Shown here: positions 10,508 to 24,578 of the stretch, in pieces
How the letters are laid out: every line of letters starts with the position of its first letter
How positions within the stretch are numbered: position 1 is the first letter of the stretch
DNA from: Octopus sinensis
Lineage: Eukaryota
NCBI RefSeq assembly: GCF_006345805.1
Contig: NC_042999.1
Coordinates: 68,324,001-68,388,000, forward strand
Reading direction: 5' to 3'
DNA: 64,000 nucleotides
Notes under the pieces: model-generated
Seen by the model: the letters and a program-made list of their open reading frames with translations, nothing else
The model's database searches: none
What the model was told of the DNA's origin: nothing
Program-made: the position numbers and the translations under genes

Positions 10508-10964
10508 TATTAGTCCAAATATATGTGTGACATTGTCGACAAGATAAGGGTTTCTGTATTCTTAGAAGTAATTAATGAAAATACCATCTTCCTCTTTGCT
10601 TGCTGGGTCACACAGTAACTAGCTTAATATATAGAAATTGCTCATAAAAAAACAATGTTTTGAAATGAGATTAAGACAATAACTGTTGACTGTAAGTCTT
10701 AATGCAAAAATATCTGTAGTTTTTAAATCATCAATTTTTAAAACCGTATATCTCAACTAGAGTCTAATGTTGCCTAGCCCATAAAAATTTTCCTTAATTA
10801 CAGTATTCAACCCTATTTCGGTAATTTCATATGTTGAAAACGTTAGAAATAATTCAACCTATGCTTTTATTATTTGAGTAAAGCTCATGCTTTATTATTA
10901 AATAATCATTTACTTCATTAGTATGAATGTTTCTGAACTGCTGCCAAGTAAGAGTAGGGTTGTT

Positions 10965-11285
10965 GTTTCATCCTTTGGGAGTAACAGTTGTTTGTTTGTT
11001 CCTTCTCGAGCCACGCCTGGCTCATAAGAGGCGGTTTCCCGGTTTCCTTAGCATATAGGTTCCCCACCTGGACGGGACACCAGTCCATTGCAGGTGAGCT
11101 GCAAGATGCAGGAGGAAAGAGTGAGAGAAAATTGTGGCGAAAGAGCAGAAGTTCGCCATTACCTTCTGCTGGAGCTGTGTGGAGCTTAGGTGTTTTGCTC
11201 ATAAACACACCGGTCTGAGATTCGAACTCACAATCTCTCAATTGCGAGTCTGCTGCTCTAACCACTAGGCCATGTGCCTCCAAGT
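10965..11285 (-). mobile_element. tRNA-derived SINE (family D) with 20-bp TSD
   Basis: TSD caagtaagagtagggttgtt at 10945-10964 and 11286-11305; reverse A/B boxes; related copy at about 19985-20265. Confidence 0.85.
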
Positions 11286-13811
11286 CAAGTAAGAGTAGGG
11301 TTGTTCAGTGATATATTCAAAGTTGCAGAGTGTACAAAAGAAAGAATACAAAGAGAAGCTTTTCATTAGAGAATGTTCAGAATTAACAGCATAAATTTTG
11401 CAAATATCAGCATAAATTTAACCATGAGCTATTTCTAAATTCTTTATTTTATGCTTAGTTCCTCACGAACAATGCCTACCTATCTTTGAACCCCACCCAC
11501 ATGTCAGCTCCCTCTCTTACACATCATTATTGCTATTCTGTTGCACCACCACTTTTTCTGCACAGTCAGTCATCTCCTACTCCCCCAACTCATATATCAG
11601 TTGTCACACCCACTCCTTATATACCCTTCAACCCTATCTTATCTTTAGTTTTCGCAGCCACCGATATTCTTCGTTTCTCTGTCCCCGCCACACTTCTACT
11701 CACTGTGTACCATGAGGGTTCATCCACACATGCCACCATCATTATTTTTTATAGCTTTCCAGTCCCATCCAATCATTCTCACCCTAAAGTGTGAGTAATC
11801 ACGAAACCCTTCAAAAGTAAGAAACCTGTCCTGCTTTGGCCAACTTTTCATCTCCCAACATAGAGCCCCCACCCATCTGGGTTTGTAGTGTTACAAGCTG
11901 CTGTATGGCAGCCTAGTGCTAGTATAACATGACTAAAACATCCGGCACATGGTGTAAAGTGGTTAGCATATGATATAGCATCCAAATGCAGAAACATTGC
12001 CAAAGCAGATACTGCAGTCCTTGGACCCAATGGGTCGGGTCAAACCGTCCAACTCATGCCAACACAGAACACAGACATCAAATGACGACAATGGGGACAG
12101 AATTAAATGCAAGACAGACCAGTGTTTCTCAACCTTGTTATCCTTGCGTAACTCTTAAAATAAATTACACGTCTCAAGGAACCCCTGCAGAAAAAAAAAT
12201 TATATATCATATCTTTCTCATATTTTTTTCATCGAATTTCACATGATAAATATATATCATTCAGCCACAGTAGTGGTTGAATATATTCTTAAGTCCACCA
12301 TTTCTTCAATCACAGCAGCTTCCAAGCTTCACCACTAATTCAGTTCTCAACTAAATTGCAAACTGTTAATAGTTTTAAAGAGGACACCTCCTCAGCTACA
12401 CTTTGGCATAAATAGTTTGAGATTTAATTCAGTAGATAAAAGGTACATCAAAATATGTGAGACCTCAAAGGGGGCAGTAAGGCAGGTATTCATCTTCAAT
12501 TAACATAAATGTTTTAATTTTAAATTAAAAGTATACCTTTCTTAGGCTTAAATGATAGAAAAAAGCATGAAGAATTCAGAATTGTTAGTCACATTGAACA
12601 AAAATTAGTAGAAGAAGAGTTATGAGATAAAATGTCATGAAATGCAAAATACTTAAGGAAATAAGTAAGGGAGTAATGCCCCAAGCAATAAGAATATATT
12701 TCTAAAATGAATGTTTACATTGAAGGGTGAGCTGGCAGAAACATTAGCATGCCATGTGAAATGCCTAGCGGTATTTTGTTTGTCTTTACATTCTGAGTTC
12801 AAATTCCACCGAGGTTGACTTTATCTTTTATCCATTTCGGATCTATTCAATTCGACGTACAGATTAATTAATTTTTTTTAACTAAACACTTTGAAACTTC
12901 AGATACTGGTAGAATGTGTCACATAGAACAGGGTTTACTCTTAATGTTTTTGACAAAATTTTGTATTTTAGAAGTTATTTCGTCAGAACTTACAGAGTGA
13001 CAATGGACAAATTTGTGTTTGATAAGTATCAATGCACGAAACTCTCAGCTTTTGACTTACTCTCTAACTTCTGCCCATGATATTATACACATTACATATT
13101 ATTATATACGCAATCGAACCAATGAAAGAGCCTCTACCTGGTCACTTGACATGCTAAAAATAGCAACCAAAATATCCCCCTACCTAAATCATATGCCCAT
13201 TGTACCTAATGTCCTAGATTATCCCTAAAGAGATGGTTTGCTGAAGGCTGGGATGTCTTTGATGATAGGTTTGCAGTATCAGGGTTGAATTGAGGCTAAA
13301 TTACAACATTATGGTAAATTTCTATATTAACACCCGCATGATTTTCATTAAGAGAAAAAAATAAAAGGATTTTTTGCGTGGAATCAAGTACCTGATCTAA
13401 TATATTGCAAATCCCTTATTTTGGTTCAGTAAAAATGGACCCCCACCCAATCCCGGAATCATTGGAAATTTTTGTTTTTTCATTGAATGAATTCCTGTCA
13501 CCTCTTAATATTGCAAAATTAAGTTACTTAAGGTGAGTCTGGGAACTGATGGTTTTGGGGTCTTGTTGTTTGTAACTTTTGGTAAGCCATGGTGCAACAA
13601 ACAGCATGGTAAAAATCTCTGCCACTAATTTGGTGTGGATGGGTAATATCAAATAATTCAATCATAACATATATTTAAATTAAACAGGAAAAACATTGAA
13701 ATATTATCTTTCAGTATTTTATAAGGTAAAATGCTAAATTATTAATTGACACATTATTATCTTATAACAGCAATGCCTGGAAAAATCATGGATTACATGG
13801 AAAAATGCAAG

Positions 13812-14263
13812 CATGAAAAGCAATATTCTTAAGATTATAAACCTGGAAAAGTACAGGACAAGTCATTACACATGTAAAAGTATAGGACAAACTATTACTT
13901 CAAGTAAAGTAAAGAATAAGAAACTTTTTACTTAAAATATTGCAGCTTAAGATAAAATTTGAATATTAAAACTTATTTTATTATAGTTTACAAATAACAC
14001 TATGCTTGTTTAAGTAGAATTTGGCTAATTTACTACTTTAAATACAGAAAAAAGTGACTAATTAGACAAACTTACAAATTAGCTGAACAGTTTTGTACAA
14101 TAAATTTAAAAGATGAGAACTGTAAAGAGTGATAAATTAGAAAATCTGGCATTCTTTGCTGCAATATTTTAAGTAAAAAGTTTCTTATTCTTTACTTTAT
14201 TAGAAGTAATAGCATGTCCTCTACTTTTCCAGGTTTATAATCTTAAGAATATTCCTTTTCATG
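13812..14263. repeat. AT-rich foldback (arms 13812-13946 and 14158-14263)
   Basis: gctgcaatattttaagtaaaaagtttcttattctttacttta and acttttccaggtttataatcttaagaatatt present in both orientations; about 30-nt indel. Confidence 0.85.
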
Positions 14264-14811
14264 TAATTCATATACATGGTTGTTATATTTTTTCATAACA
14301 TAAGGTTAAATAGGATGATGTCTATATTACAATGACCAATAATATGTAGTGCATGTATAGTGACATTACGATCATGAAATTAGCATTAGCTTATTTCGTC
14401 AATATAGCTCTTTAACTGGGACCCCTGAAAACCTTTTGTGAAACCCTAGGGTTCCAGGGACCCCGGTTGAGAAATGCTGTTATAGACCGTGCACAGTAAT
14501 TAAAACAAGCAGTGAACACTTATTCCTAAGCCAACATTTTTCTATTATGTCAAATGTGAAAGCTTTTGTGTAGAAGCTGATGCAGAATACAAAGTTTCCA
14601 ATTTCAGGGAAAAGTAAAAAAGTGATCTCTAAATTAGAAAATTACTATTTTTAAATCAAACAACATGAGATATTCAGTAACAGTACTTTGTAGTAAAGAT
14701 TGCTTAAAAATAGTAATTTTCTAATTTATAGATCAGTGACTAGTTGCCACTTTGAAAACTATATATTTCGAAAGGGGGATTTGGCAGCGCCGCCTCTAGC
14801 CGAACAATTAT

Positions 14812-14856
14812 TCTGTGCTGATGAAGGGAAATAACCCGGAAATCATGATACACAGA
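14812..14856 (+). ncRNA. Type I hammerhead ribozyme motif
   Basis: TCTGTG-CTGATGA-AGGG aaataa CCCG-GAAA-TCATGAT-A-CACAGA. 6-bp helix I, palindromic helix III ATCATGAT, AUA site. Confidence 0.7.
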
Positions 14857-15439
14857 TATTGTTTTGAGCTGAGTGGGGGTGCTAGATTCCCTTGTTCAAA
14901 AATATAAGGACACAGATCGTGTTGTATAGCCAGCTGGAGACGATGTCTCCTGGGGCTAAATTAGAGCAACATTCGTCCTAAACCAGGACTTCCATGTTAT
15001 GTTGGCAAGCAATCCTTACTACAAAAGTGATCTCCTTTACACCTCACCCCACCCCGTTTTCGGACCCCTGCCAAAGGGTTTTGTATCATATTAGGAGGTT
15101 ACAGGAATTCATTCAACAACAAAAAAAAAATTCCAATGATTCCGGGATGGAGGGGGGACCCCCCCCCCACCTCTTCCGATTTGCAGCATATTATTCGACG
15201 CAAAAAAAAATTTTTTTTTTTCTTAGTGAAAATCGTCCGGGTGTTAAAATTTACCAAAAACCTGAGCCATGTGGTTGGGAAGCAAGCTTCTTGCCACACG
15301 ACCACGCCTGAAGAAATTTTTTTTTTTTCTTTTTCTATTTGGTCTATCAGATCCTTGAATTGAATACGTGTTGAAACAGATTCGATTGGGCTATTTATGG
15401 CAATAATAAAATAACAACAAATGAAAATGATATCCTGTC

Positions 15440-15560
15440 CGTTTATAAATGCGCCCTCCACTCCACATAATTTACCGAAAATAATGTGACTGACACGTTC
15501 GTAGCTTTCACTTTCGCCAACGAACTGAAATGGCAGCGGTTAAAAGTGAAAGACGCAATA
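15440..15560 (-). promoter_or_regulatory. Candidate promoter/5' UTR region of the TUT1-like gene
   Basis: CpG-retaining unique sequence upstream of the gene. YY1-like AAATGGCAGCGG at 15528-15539; possible minus-strand donor tcg|gtaaat near 15475. Inference only. Confidence 0.25.
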
Positions 15561-17224
15561 AACGAATATGAAACAGGACCCTTAGAAATTGCCGAAATGC
15601 AAGAAATTAAATAAGAAATATGTTACAAACTACAGAATTTTCTCAAGAAAGCCAAGAGAAAAAGATATTTTATAAACACATTCTACCAGTATACGAAGTT
15701 TTAAATTTTTTAGTTACATTGAAATTATTTAAAAAATCTGCCGGTCAAAGTGAAAAGATCCGAAATCCGTCGTGCAACACCGTTTGACAACCTGAGTCGG
15801 TTTGTTTACGTCTCCGCAACTTAGCTGTTCAGCAAACGAGACCGCGGCGGAGGTAAAGAATACGTACACAACCCGTTTTCGGTGTAACAAAAACTCTAAC
15901 CCTTATCACCGGGTGTACGTATTCTTTACTTTCGCCCGAGACCGCTAGAATAAGTACCAGACTAAGAACAGAATATAATAAAACATAAGTACTTGGTTAA
16001 ATTTATTTGACAGAAACCCCTGAAAGTGGTGCCCCACCCAAAATGGCTGAAACGAAAGATACTCTTTCATTTTTACCAATAAACCAAAAAGGCATCGGTA
16101 AAAGTGAAAACAAGATGAAGTAAAAAATGCAATTAACTAATAACCAAATAACACGCAAACTTCATTCATTATAAACGTTCTCGTTTTCAATTTGATGCAA
16201 AAATTTAGAAGATCTTTAAAAATTTCGATGTTTCCATAGTTTAGGTGATTTAACACGTATGACACGGACATCGTAACAAGCGCAGTTAAAGCATAGATGT
16301 CCTTGGAGATAAAAAGACCATTGCTGATTAACTACACAATTAATCATGCTATTTTTCCATGTGAACAACAATAAATTTCTTGGTGGGGCTCACGGCCTTT
16401 CTATGAGTATAGATAACTTAGGAAACCTATCCATATATAGTGAGACTGTTAACTCTTAACTTATCAAACATTAGGCAGTTGTATATACACGATACACATG
16501 CATTTGTAATTTGTCACACATTCCCGCACACATACGAATATCTGCATATTCTGGTTGCTTTCGTTATTACATAGATCGCATAGTGAAAGATTATGTCAAA
16601 CATGTGCAACCTGCGGCCCGCGGGACTTTCTGCAAGACACGCCTGACGAAAAGTTACCCCCTTTTTTTTTTTTAGCAGTGCGGCTCTCTTTCCAAAAATA
16701 AAACAAAGTAAAAAGATTACCTATGCTTGCCCTATGTGATCAAATGACCTGCAAGAAATAGCAGTCGAATCTCTCAAACATCCTACAGTATTGAATAAAT
16801 AAATAAATAAATAAAATAAAGATAAAAACACTTAAGATAACCTGGATCAGAGTTCACTACACTGAAAAAAAGGGCTCACGGTTTTTATGGAGGGAATACT
16901 TTTATCGTAGGCCAAGTTGATCGTAACTGACCCGAGAGTAAACGCCAACAGCTTTAGAGACTTTAGTAAAAAATATGTTCCTAGACAACTAATATGGTAA
17001 AGCATTTACATCGTGGGTGAGACAGATTGGCCATTCAAAAACACAACGACTGTTCATTTTACTTAAACATGTATTACTTTTAATTTGGTGCCAAAACTGA
17101 ATAAACGTTTAAGTTTACAGTTTTTGTGCATGCTTTCGAATTGTTTAAATGCAGTCGTTCTCTACCAAGGACCCCATTTATTGAAACGAGTTTTTCCACG
17201 GACCCCTTTTAATATGCTTAGTCT

Positions 17225-17294
<70 letters not shown>

Positions 17295-18779
17295 AAATTC
17301 CGAAGTTAGTTCACGGACCCCAGCACTAGCTTTGCGGACCACTGGTCTTAATGTTTGTCTTACACACTGTAATTGTTTTAGCTGCAACATAAACACCCTC
17401 CGATAAATCACTCGGCAAAATTATCTTCGAAATAATATGAAGTTGTCGAATATGTCACGCACATAAACAATATTCTGATATATAAACGTATGGGGCCCAT
17501 ATACGCAACCACATGCTTGAATCCTCGAATACCTACAAAATTTTAATATACAGTACTTCACTGTTTATAAAACGGTAATAAGCCAGCTTAATTAGTCTCA
17601 CTAATCACAGGTCTTTCCTCGTTGCTTAACTCGCATGCTATACAAGCAAAATCTACAAAAATACACGTGTACTCGTTATATATCCTGTAAAATAAATCAC
17701 AGACAGTAATTAACTCAGTTTAATTAATCTTAGTAGTTATTTAAGTAAAATGCTGATTTATTCGTAAACTGGGTTGATGTAGCACGCCGTTCTGTACGTG
17801 GTCTCTTCCGTTTTGTACCGAGGGTCGTTATGTAGAACTTCAACAATTGCAAACATTTGGCGATTTGAACAGAGACAGTATATTGCAACTAAAACAATTA
17901 GGTTACAGTAAAAAGCAACCTTGGCCACTTAATCTACGCATTTATTTATTCACATCCGTAACGTGATTCGCTAATAGGGACCAACACCCTTCGTCGTATA
18001 TTATGCACGGCTTGATTGATACTCCGAAGGGGTCTTAGAAATTACTTAGAGTAGAAAGGATTATTATTATTAATTATTCAAATTCCGTCAAAGCCAACTT
18101 TGCCTTTCATTCTTTCGGGGGGTCAATAAAATAGATACCAGTTAAGTACTGGAGTCGATGTAATAGACTAGCCCCATCACCTACACCAAAATTTCAGGCC
18201 TTGTGCCTACAGTAGAAAGGGAACAATGCCACCCTAAAATAGTTTGGAGATGGATAAGGAGATTTGCAGTCACACTAACCCGCGATATAATAGTAAATCG
18301 ATTTCTTTACAATCATTGCAAACATAACAAAAACATGCACAAACTATATGAAACACAGCTAAGTTCCATCACATATTTTCTAGTTGTTAATAAAGCCCGC
18401 AAGTGTTAAATTTTGACACACCTTGCGTGTAACCAGCAATATGGAGCCGAGACAGGAGATGCGAAGTGGTTCTTTTTTTTTTCATCTTCAGAAATCTTTT
18501 TTAATTATTTATTATTTTTTTTACATCAACACAGAGCAGAAGAGTATAAAACAAACAAAGTAAGTGGGGAAACTAATGTTCATTCCCTTCTCAAAAACTA
18601 TTTACTTTCTAACAGAGACACAAGGGGAGAATATTGTCTAAAATATCAAACGATGTTTGTGACGCGAAATGGTTAATTAAAAGATTAATCCGTGTCTTCA
18701 GTAACATCCTGCAAACTCTTTTAATATAAACTTAAACATGTCGATGAATGAATCCTCAAAAGATTAGACATCGTTGTCA

Positions 18780-19140
18780 TTCTAGTTTTTAAGTTGCCAT
18801 AATAACACACTTGGATTTGCATTGAGAATACACTTCATATCTATATAGTATATAACCTTCAATGGAATATGGTCAAGCATTTAAAGAAAACGAAAGAATT
18901 ATGCTCACCGGACGCAAATCTAATATCGCATATTTCACAGGAAAAATTCATGGTGGCGTGATAATAAAGATTTCAGACAACTAATAATGCTAAAAGAGGG
19001 ACCGACTATTTGTATGTATCACATAAGTCTAAGTGAAACTTAGCAAGTGAAACCAGGACACTTGCTCTCAGACGTGTGTGCACAAGTAATACAGAAGGGG
19101 CGGGTAACTCCCTTGCAAAATAGATGTCAGCACTGTGCTA
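18780..19140 (+). repeat. Unclassified dispersed repeat (second copy at about 30480-30800)
   Basis: Shared tttaaagaaaacgaaagaattatgctcaccgg ... tagatgtcagcactg. Confidence 0.6.
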
Positions 19141-19204
19141 CAATTTCGCGCTCGGGCTACTAGAAATAGTAGCCAAATCTTTCATTAACTATGTCGTACG
19201 GTAA

Positions 19205-19615
19205 AGGCGGTGAGCTGGCAGAAACGTTAGCACGCCGGGCGAAATGCGTAGCCGTATTTCGTCTGCTGTTACGTTCTGAGTTCAAAATCCGCCGAGGTCG
19301 ACTTTGCCTTTCATCCTTTCGAGGTCGATAAATTAAGTACCAGTTACGCACTGGGGTCGATGTAATCGACCTAATCCCTTTGTCTGTCCTTGTTTGTCCC
19401 CTCTGTGTTTAGCCCTTTGTGGGGAGTAAAGAAATAGGTATTTCGTCTGCCGTTACGTTCTGAGTTCAAATTCCGCCGAGGTCGACTTTGCCTTTCATCC
19501 TTTCGGAGTCGATTAAATAAGTACCAGTTACGCACTAGGGTCGATATAATCAACTTAATCCATTTGTCTGTCCTTGTTTGTCCCCTATGTGTTTAACCCC
19601 TTGTGGGTAGTTAAA
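19205..19615 (+). mobile_element. SINE family A dimer
   Basis: Head + unit, then re-entry at AAAGAAATAG|GTATTTCG (19437/19438). Confidence 0.85.
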
Positions 19616-21931
19616 AATATAAGATAACAAGATAGATGGGAGAGATGGAAAGAGAGAGAGACTCATCCGATGATATGGAGGGATTCTTGAATTTGTTTGT
19701 TTCAATTTCCACGTTGTTAGGTAATGCTAAAGAATTATGTTCGGGTACCAGCGAAGATTCTGTACATGCATTTATATGTATGAACGTAATCGTTTTCTAT
19801 GCATGCAATAAATAGGACACGGTTCACCAAGGCAAATTTTCAAAGGCCGAATGCACACCTTGGGCAAGTGTTTTCTATATAGCCCTGGACAGACCAATGG
19901 CTCATGAATGGATAAGATAGACAGAAATTTGTGATTTGGTAGATAGAAGTTGAACACACACGCATATATATATATATATATCACCGTGACCGACCAGGCT
20001 ATCAGATGTTGCTACACATCACTGGCCATAATGCGCTTCGCATTGTTTTAGCCTTCAAATGACGCCACCCCGCTTGGCTAAGTGAGCAGGCAAACAGAAG
20101 AAAGAGTGAGAGAAAGTTGTGGTGAAAGAGTACAGCAGGGATCGCCACCCGCCACTGCCGAATCCTCGTGGAGCTTTAGGTGTTTTCGCTCAATAAACAC
20201 TCACAGCGGCCGGTCTGAGAATCGAAACCGCGAGTCCGCTACCCTAACCACTGGGCCATTGTGCCTATATGTGTGTGTGTGTGACTGTTTTTCACCACCT
20301 CTTGACAACTGGTGATTTTTTTTTTATATTCCCGTAACTTAGCAGTTTGGCAAAAGGGATTAATCGAATAAATACCAGACTTAAAAATAGTGATTTTTTA
20401 TCTATTTGACAACCCTTTAAGACAGTGCTCCAGCATGACCACAGTCCAATGACTGAAATAAATAAAGGAAAATAACCAGAACTTTCTAGAGATGTACTTG
20501 TCTGACGAGTGTGTTTGGTATGGAGTGTTGAAACTTAAACCATTACAGCATGGGAAACATATTAACCATTCGAAAACACATACAAAAATTAACCTCAGTT
20601 AACCATTTATTATTTCATGTTAAAAATTTTCCCATGACAGCATAAGTGATCAGGATGCAGTTGATGTGATGAAAATTTTGACACAAAATTTTGGCACAAA
20701 CCGCCATCAAGGCAACACCAATGCCCTCTCAACGATTAACCGGAGATGATTTTTAAAATGAGAATATCTGAAATAAACTCAACTGCTCTCACGAACGAGA
20801 ATACTAAAAATGAACACGACTGCTCTCAAAAATTAAGTAAAAAAACAGAAAAATAATCCAGAATCTTTGTCTGGTACTGGATCGATCCTAAAATTCGTGC
20901 CAGACACAGGGCTAAACTTCCCTGAAAGTTTCATGTAAATACATCCAGTGGTTCTTGAGATATCTTGCTCACAGACAAACAAACAAATACGACTGAAAAC
21001 AATACCTCTGCCTTTGCTAAGGCAGAGGTAATAACTGAGTAAAGTTAACGGTTTTTGTGTTTTCGAATGGTTAATGTGTCTTCCAGGTTGTAAATGCTTG
21101 AATTTTCTATTTGCACCTCAAAGTTAAAATTAAAATGTATTTGGTATAATTAAAACACATTCTTTTATCCTTAGATTTGCTTAACATTCAGAATGAATCG
21201 TACTCATACAACACAGTTGACGCCTGTCCACTTTTAGAAAATCATCTTCACAATCAGAGCAGTTCTTAGATTCTTTTGAGTTCTATTATCACCTATGGGT
21301 TTCCTTTCCATATATTCCATGCAATAATGTCTTTATTACCATATGCCAAAGCTGCTTTCATTTATGTTGTGATTCTTGAACAGTGGAACCTCAGTTTAAA
21401 AATTTCATTCGTACCTAAAAACCATTTGTCATCCAAAACTATTTTTTCCCCATAGGAAAGCCAAGAGAAGGCACAGAGAGTTTGAGCAGGGATGTGCAGT
21501 GAGCAAAAGCTAAAGAGCAACCGATGCTCTCCCACTCTCAGCTTGCTGCCAATCATTTTCACCTGTTTACATAGTCACTACTCAAGTCACCTGAAAGGTT
21601 TTATGTCTGAAAAATTGTAAACTGATATTTTACCTCACAACATTTTGATACAAATTTTTGTTGCATGGAACCAAAACTATGAAATTCTTCATGCTTTCTT
21701 CTATGATTGAAGCTAAGATAAATATATTTTGCATTTAAAATGATAAAATTATTTAGATCTTAACTTGAATGGTGGCATTACTTACTTTCCTATAATGTTG
21801 CTAGAAATTTTGATGTAAACAGTTTTCAATTTGGTTAAGAACTGAATTAGCGACAAGCTCTGAAAAAAACTGCATGTGGTTAATTTGCAGCCTTAAGAAT
21901 ATTATTCAACTACTACCATAGTTGAATGATA

Positions 21932-22813
21932 CGAGATGGTATTGAAAGGTTCCCTGACTAGTTATGTTTAATAAAAAATAAGCCATCTACCTAAGTTTTA
22001 ACATCATCTCTTTTGAAATAGTCATCTTGCGCAGCAATACACCAGTTCCAGTGCTTCTGTCGCTTTTGGAATCCAGCTTGGAGGTTGTTTTCCACAAGCG
22101 AGTCGAGGACCTTCTGTGATTTCCTCTGGATCTTAACAGTATTAAAATTGTGACCTCTCAGCTGCACTATAATCTTGGGGAAGAGATGCAAGTCCACACA
22201 TGCTAAATCTGGCAAATAGGGCGGGTGTGGAAGTGATATCGCATTGTTTTTGGCAAGAAACACACAAGTGAGGTGAGCTTGGTGAAAAATCCAATTCTTT
22301 GTGCACCACAGATTCGGTCACTTACACTAAATATCCTCCCTCAAATGCCTCAAAACATTGCAGAATTCTCGATTGGTGGTCTTGTCCTGGGGGGTGAATT
22401 CTTGATGCGAAATATCACGTTTCTGAGAGTGACGCTCATGGCAGGTCTTCCAGAGACGTTTTTCTGCTTTCCAAGCACCCATGCCACTTCAAAAATTATG
22501 TATGACCCATTGTCATGTGACTGTAAGCTCACCGAAGCATGCTTAATGACTTTGTAGCAGACTCCCTGAATTCAAGGCAAAATTTCACATTGGCTCTTTG
22601 TTCCAACTTCTTGTCCATGACAAAAATCAAAGATTACAGCATACATGTGAACACAAAAACATAAATTTCACAACTTGCAGAGCAAACACAGCAATGTCAC
22701 TCGGTACACTGCCTCATGGCAGTCACTGCTGGCTCTCACTGCAAACGCAACCATGTGCTGCCATCTGTTGACACGCTACAAAACAAGTTAAGAAACTTTC
22801 TGGTACCACCTTG
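21932..22813 (-). mobile_element. Decayed mariner transposon
   Basis: TA-CGAGATGGTATTGAAAGGTTCC TIR-like end; LPHPPYLPDLACVDLHLFPK is the YSPDLAP(S)D motif region. Confidence 0.75.
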
Positions 22814-23685
22814 TGTATAATGGCATTACATGTATGTGAAAAAAAGCTCATGCTTTATTTAATACTAGCACTATGACTCGGCATCGCCAGGTCATAGTGC
22901 TAGTGCATGCATATACAGCTGCATGCGTGCGCACATACACGCGAGTACTGTCCAAATTTCCGACCAATCACATTCAGCTAGCTGGCATTCAATTGGCGTA
23001 TCAAGTTTCAGGCATTTTGATTGGGTTTTGGATAGAAAATTCACAAAAAAATCACTTCTGTTGATTTTTTAATGGGTTTGCGGGGTGACTGGGGAAATGT
23101 AAAGATGTGCACGACCACCCTTGGACGGTTTTGAATGACCAAAGAAAGTGCGAGCCCTCTAACTGAAAAATTGTGGATTTGTATAAAGGACACACACACA
23201 GACATTTTGCCGTTTATATATATAGAAATTCTAAACAAAACAATGGAACAAACAAAAAAAGGGGCACATTTATTAATGTTTCCTTTCCATTTACTCAAAT
23301 GCATGTTATGCGTGCAACATACATGTAGTTAAAAAGTTCACATCTCAAGTTTGTGGTCTTAAGTTCAGTCCTACCATGCAGCACTTTAGGCAAAGGTCTT
23401 CTACTATAACCCTCAACCAACCAAAGGCTTACAAGTGAATTTGGTGTGTACAAGCATGTGTGCATGAGTGTCTGTGTGCACCTGAGCATGCATGCATATG
23501 TATGTATGTATATATGTTTACATTTGACTACGAAAGTCGTCAGCTATGAGAAGCATTCTTGTTACTTCTCTCAACAGGTTGGCAACTTGCTTCATACCTT
23601 CAAAGACGCGACCTTACTTGAAAAACAGGTTAGGGTTAGAATCAGGAAGAGCACCTATTTAACAGCTGCAAAACAATATCTCAAT

Positions 23686-24080
23686 GGCAGCGAGCTGGCA
23701 GAAACGTTAGCACACCGGGTGAAATGCTTAGCGGTATTTCGTCTGCCGCTACGTTCTGAGTTCTAATTCTGCCGAGGTCGACTTTGCCTTTCATCCTTTC
23801 GGGGTCGTTTAAATAAGTACCAGTTACGCACTGGGGTCGATGTAATCGACTTAACCTCTTTTTCTGTCCTTGTTTGTCCACTCTATGTTTAGCTCCTTGT
23901 GGGTAGTAAAGAAATAGGTATTTCATCTGCCGCTACGTTCTGAGTCCAAATTCCGCCGAGGTCAACTATGCCTTTCATCCTTTCGGGGTTGATTAAATAA
24001 GAACTAGTTACACACTGGGGTCGATATAATCAACTTAATCCGTTTGTCTGTCCTTGTTTGGGTAGTAAAGAAATAGGTAT
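23686..24080 (+). mobile_element. SINE family A multimer
   Basis: Re-entry junctions at 23917/23918 and 24076/24077. Confidence 0.85.
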
Positions 24081-24578
24081 ATTCATCTAACCCATGCTAG
24101 CATGGAAAAAATGAATGTAAAAACAAACCAATGAATACGTTACTTGTGTTGGCGCCACATAAAAAGCACTTGTGCTGGGGCTGCTTAAACGCACCCTGCA
24201 CACACTTAAGTGGTTGACATTAGGAAGGGCATCCAGTTGTAGAAACCATGCCACAACAGACTACTGGAGTCTGGACAGCTCCCTTCTAGCCAGCTCCATG
24301 TCAAACCATCTAGCCCATACCAACATGGAAAGAGGACTTTAAACAATGACAAATTTTTGAGGTGAGGAATCATCAGACAATTATAAAAAAATTAGGCTTA
24401 AAGCCCTTTATTTCCATTACAGTATGATATCTCAGGCAAGTAACATCTACTATAGCCCTGGGCCAACCAAAGCCTTTTGAATGGTTGATAGAAACTGAAA
24501 GAAGCTCATATGTATCAATGAGCAGCATATTACTGGTTATGGCAAGTAACTGGTCAGAATGTTACCACTGGTTTTTGC

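Noticed and set aside
10585-10618. Micro-exon LLCDPASKEED(E) for TUT1
   Set aside because: The donor and phase fit, but the acceptor has no pyrimidine tract and the zinc-finger spacing would be atypical; unsupported without RNA data.
11306-11366. MKSFSLYSFFCTLCNFEYIT(E) as the missing TUT1 zinc-finger first half
   Set aside because: Spacing would give a perfect C-x2-C-x12-H-x5-H, but there is no GT/GC donor at the required position (G|aacaac). A similar chance CxxC occurs near 9580-9592. The 5' exon remains unlocated.
11486-11794. 102-aa Pro/Ser/Thr-rich ORF
   Set aside because: C-rich strand-biased sequence with no splice signals or recognisable domain.
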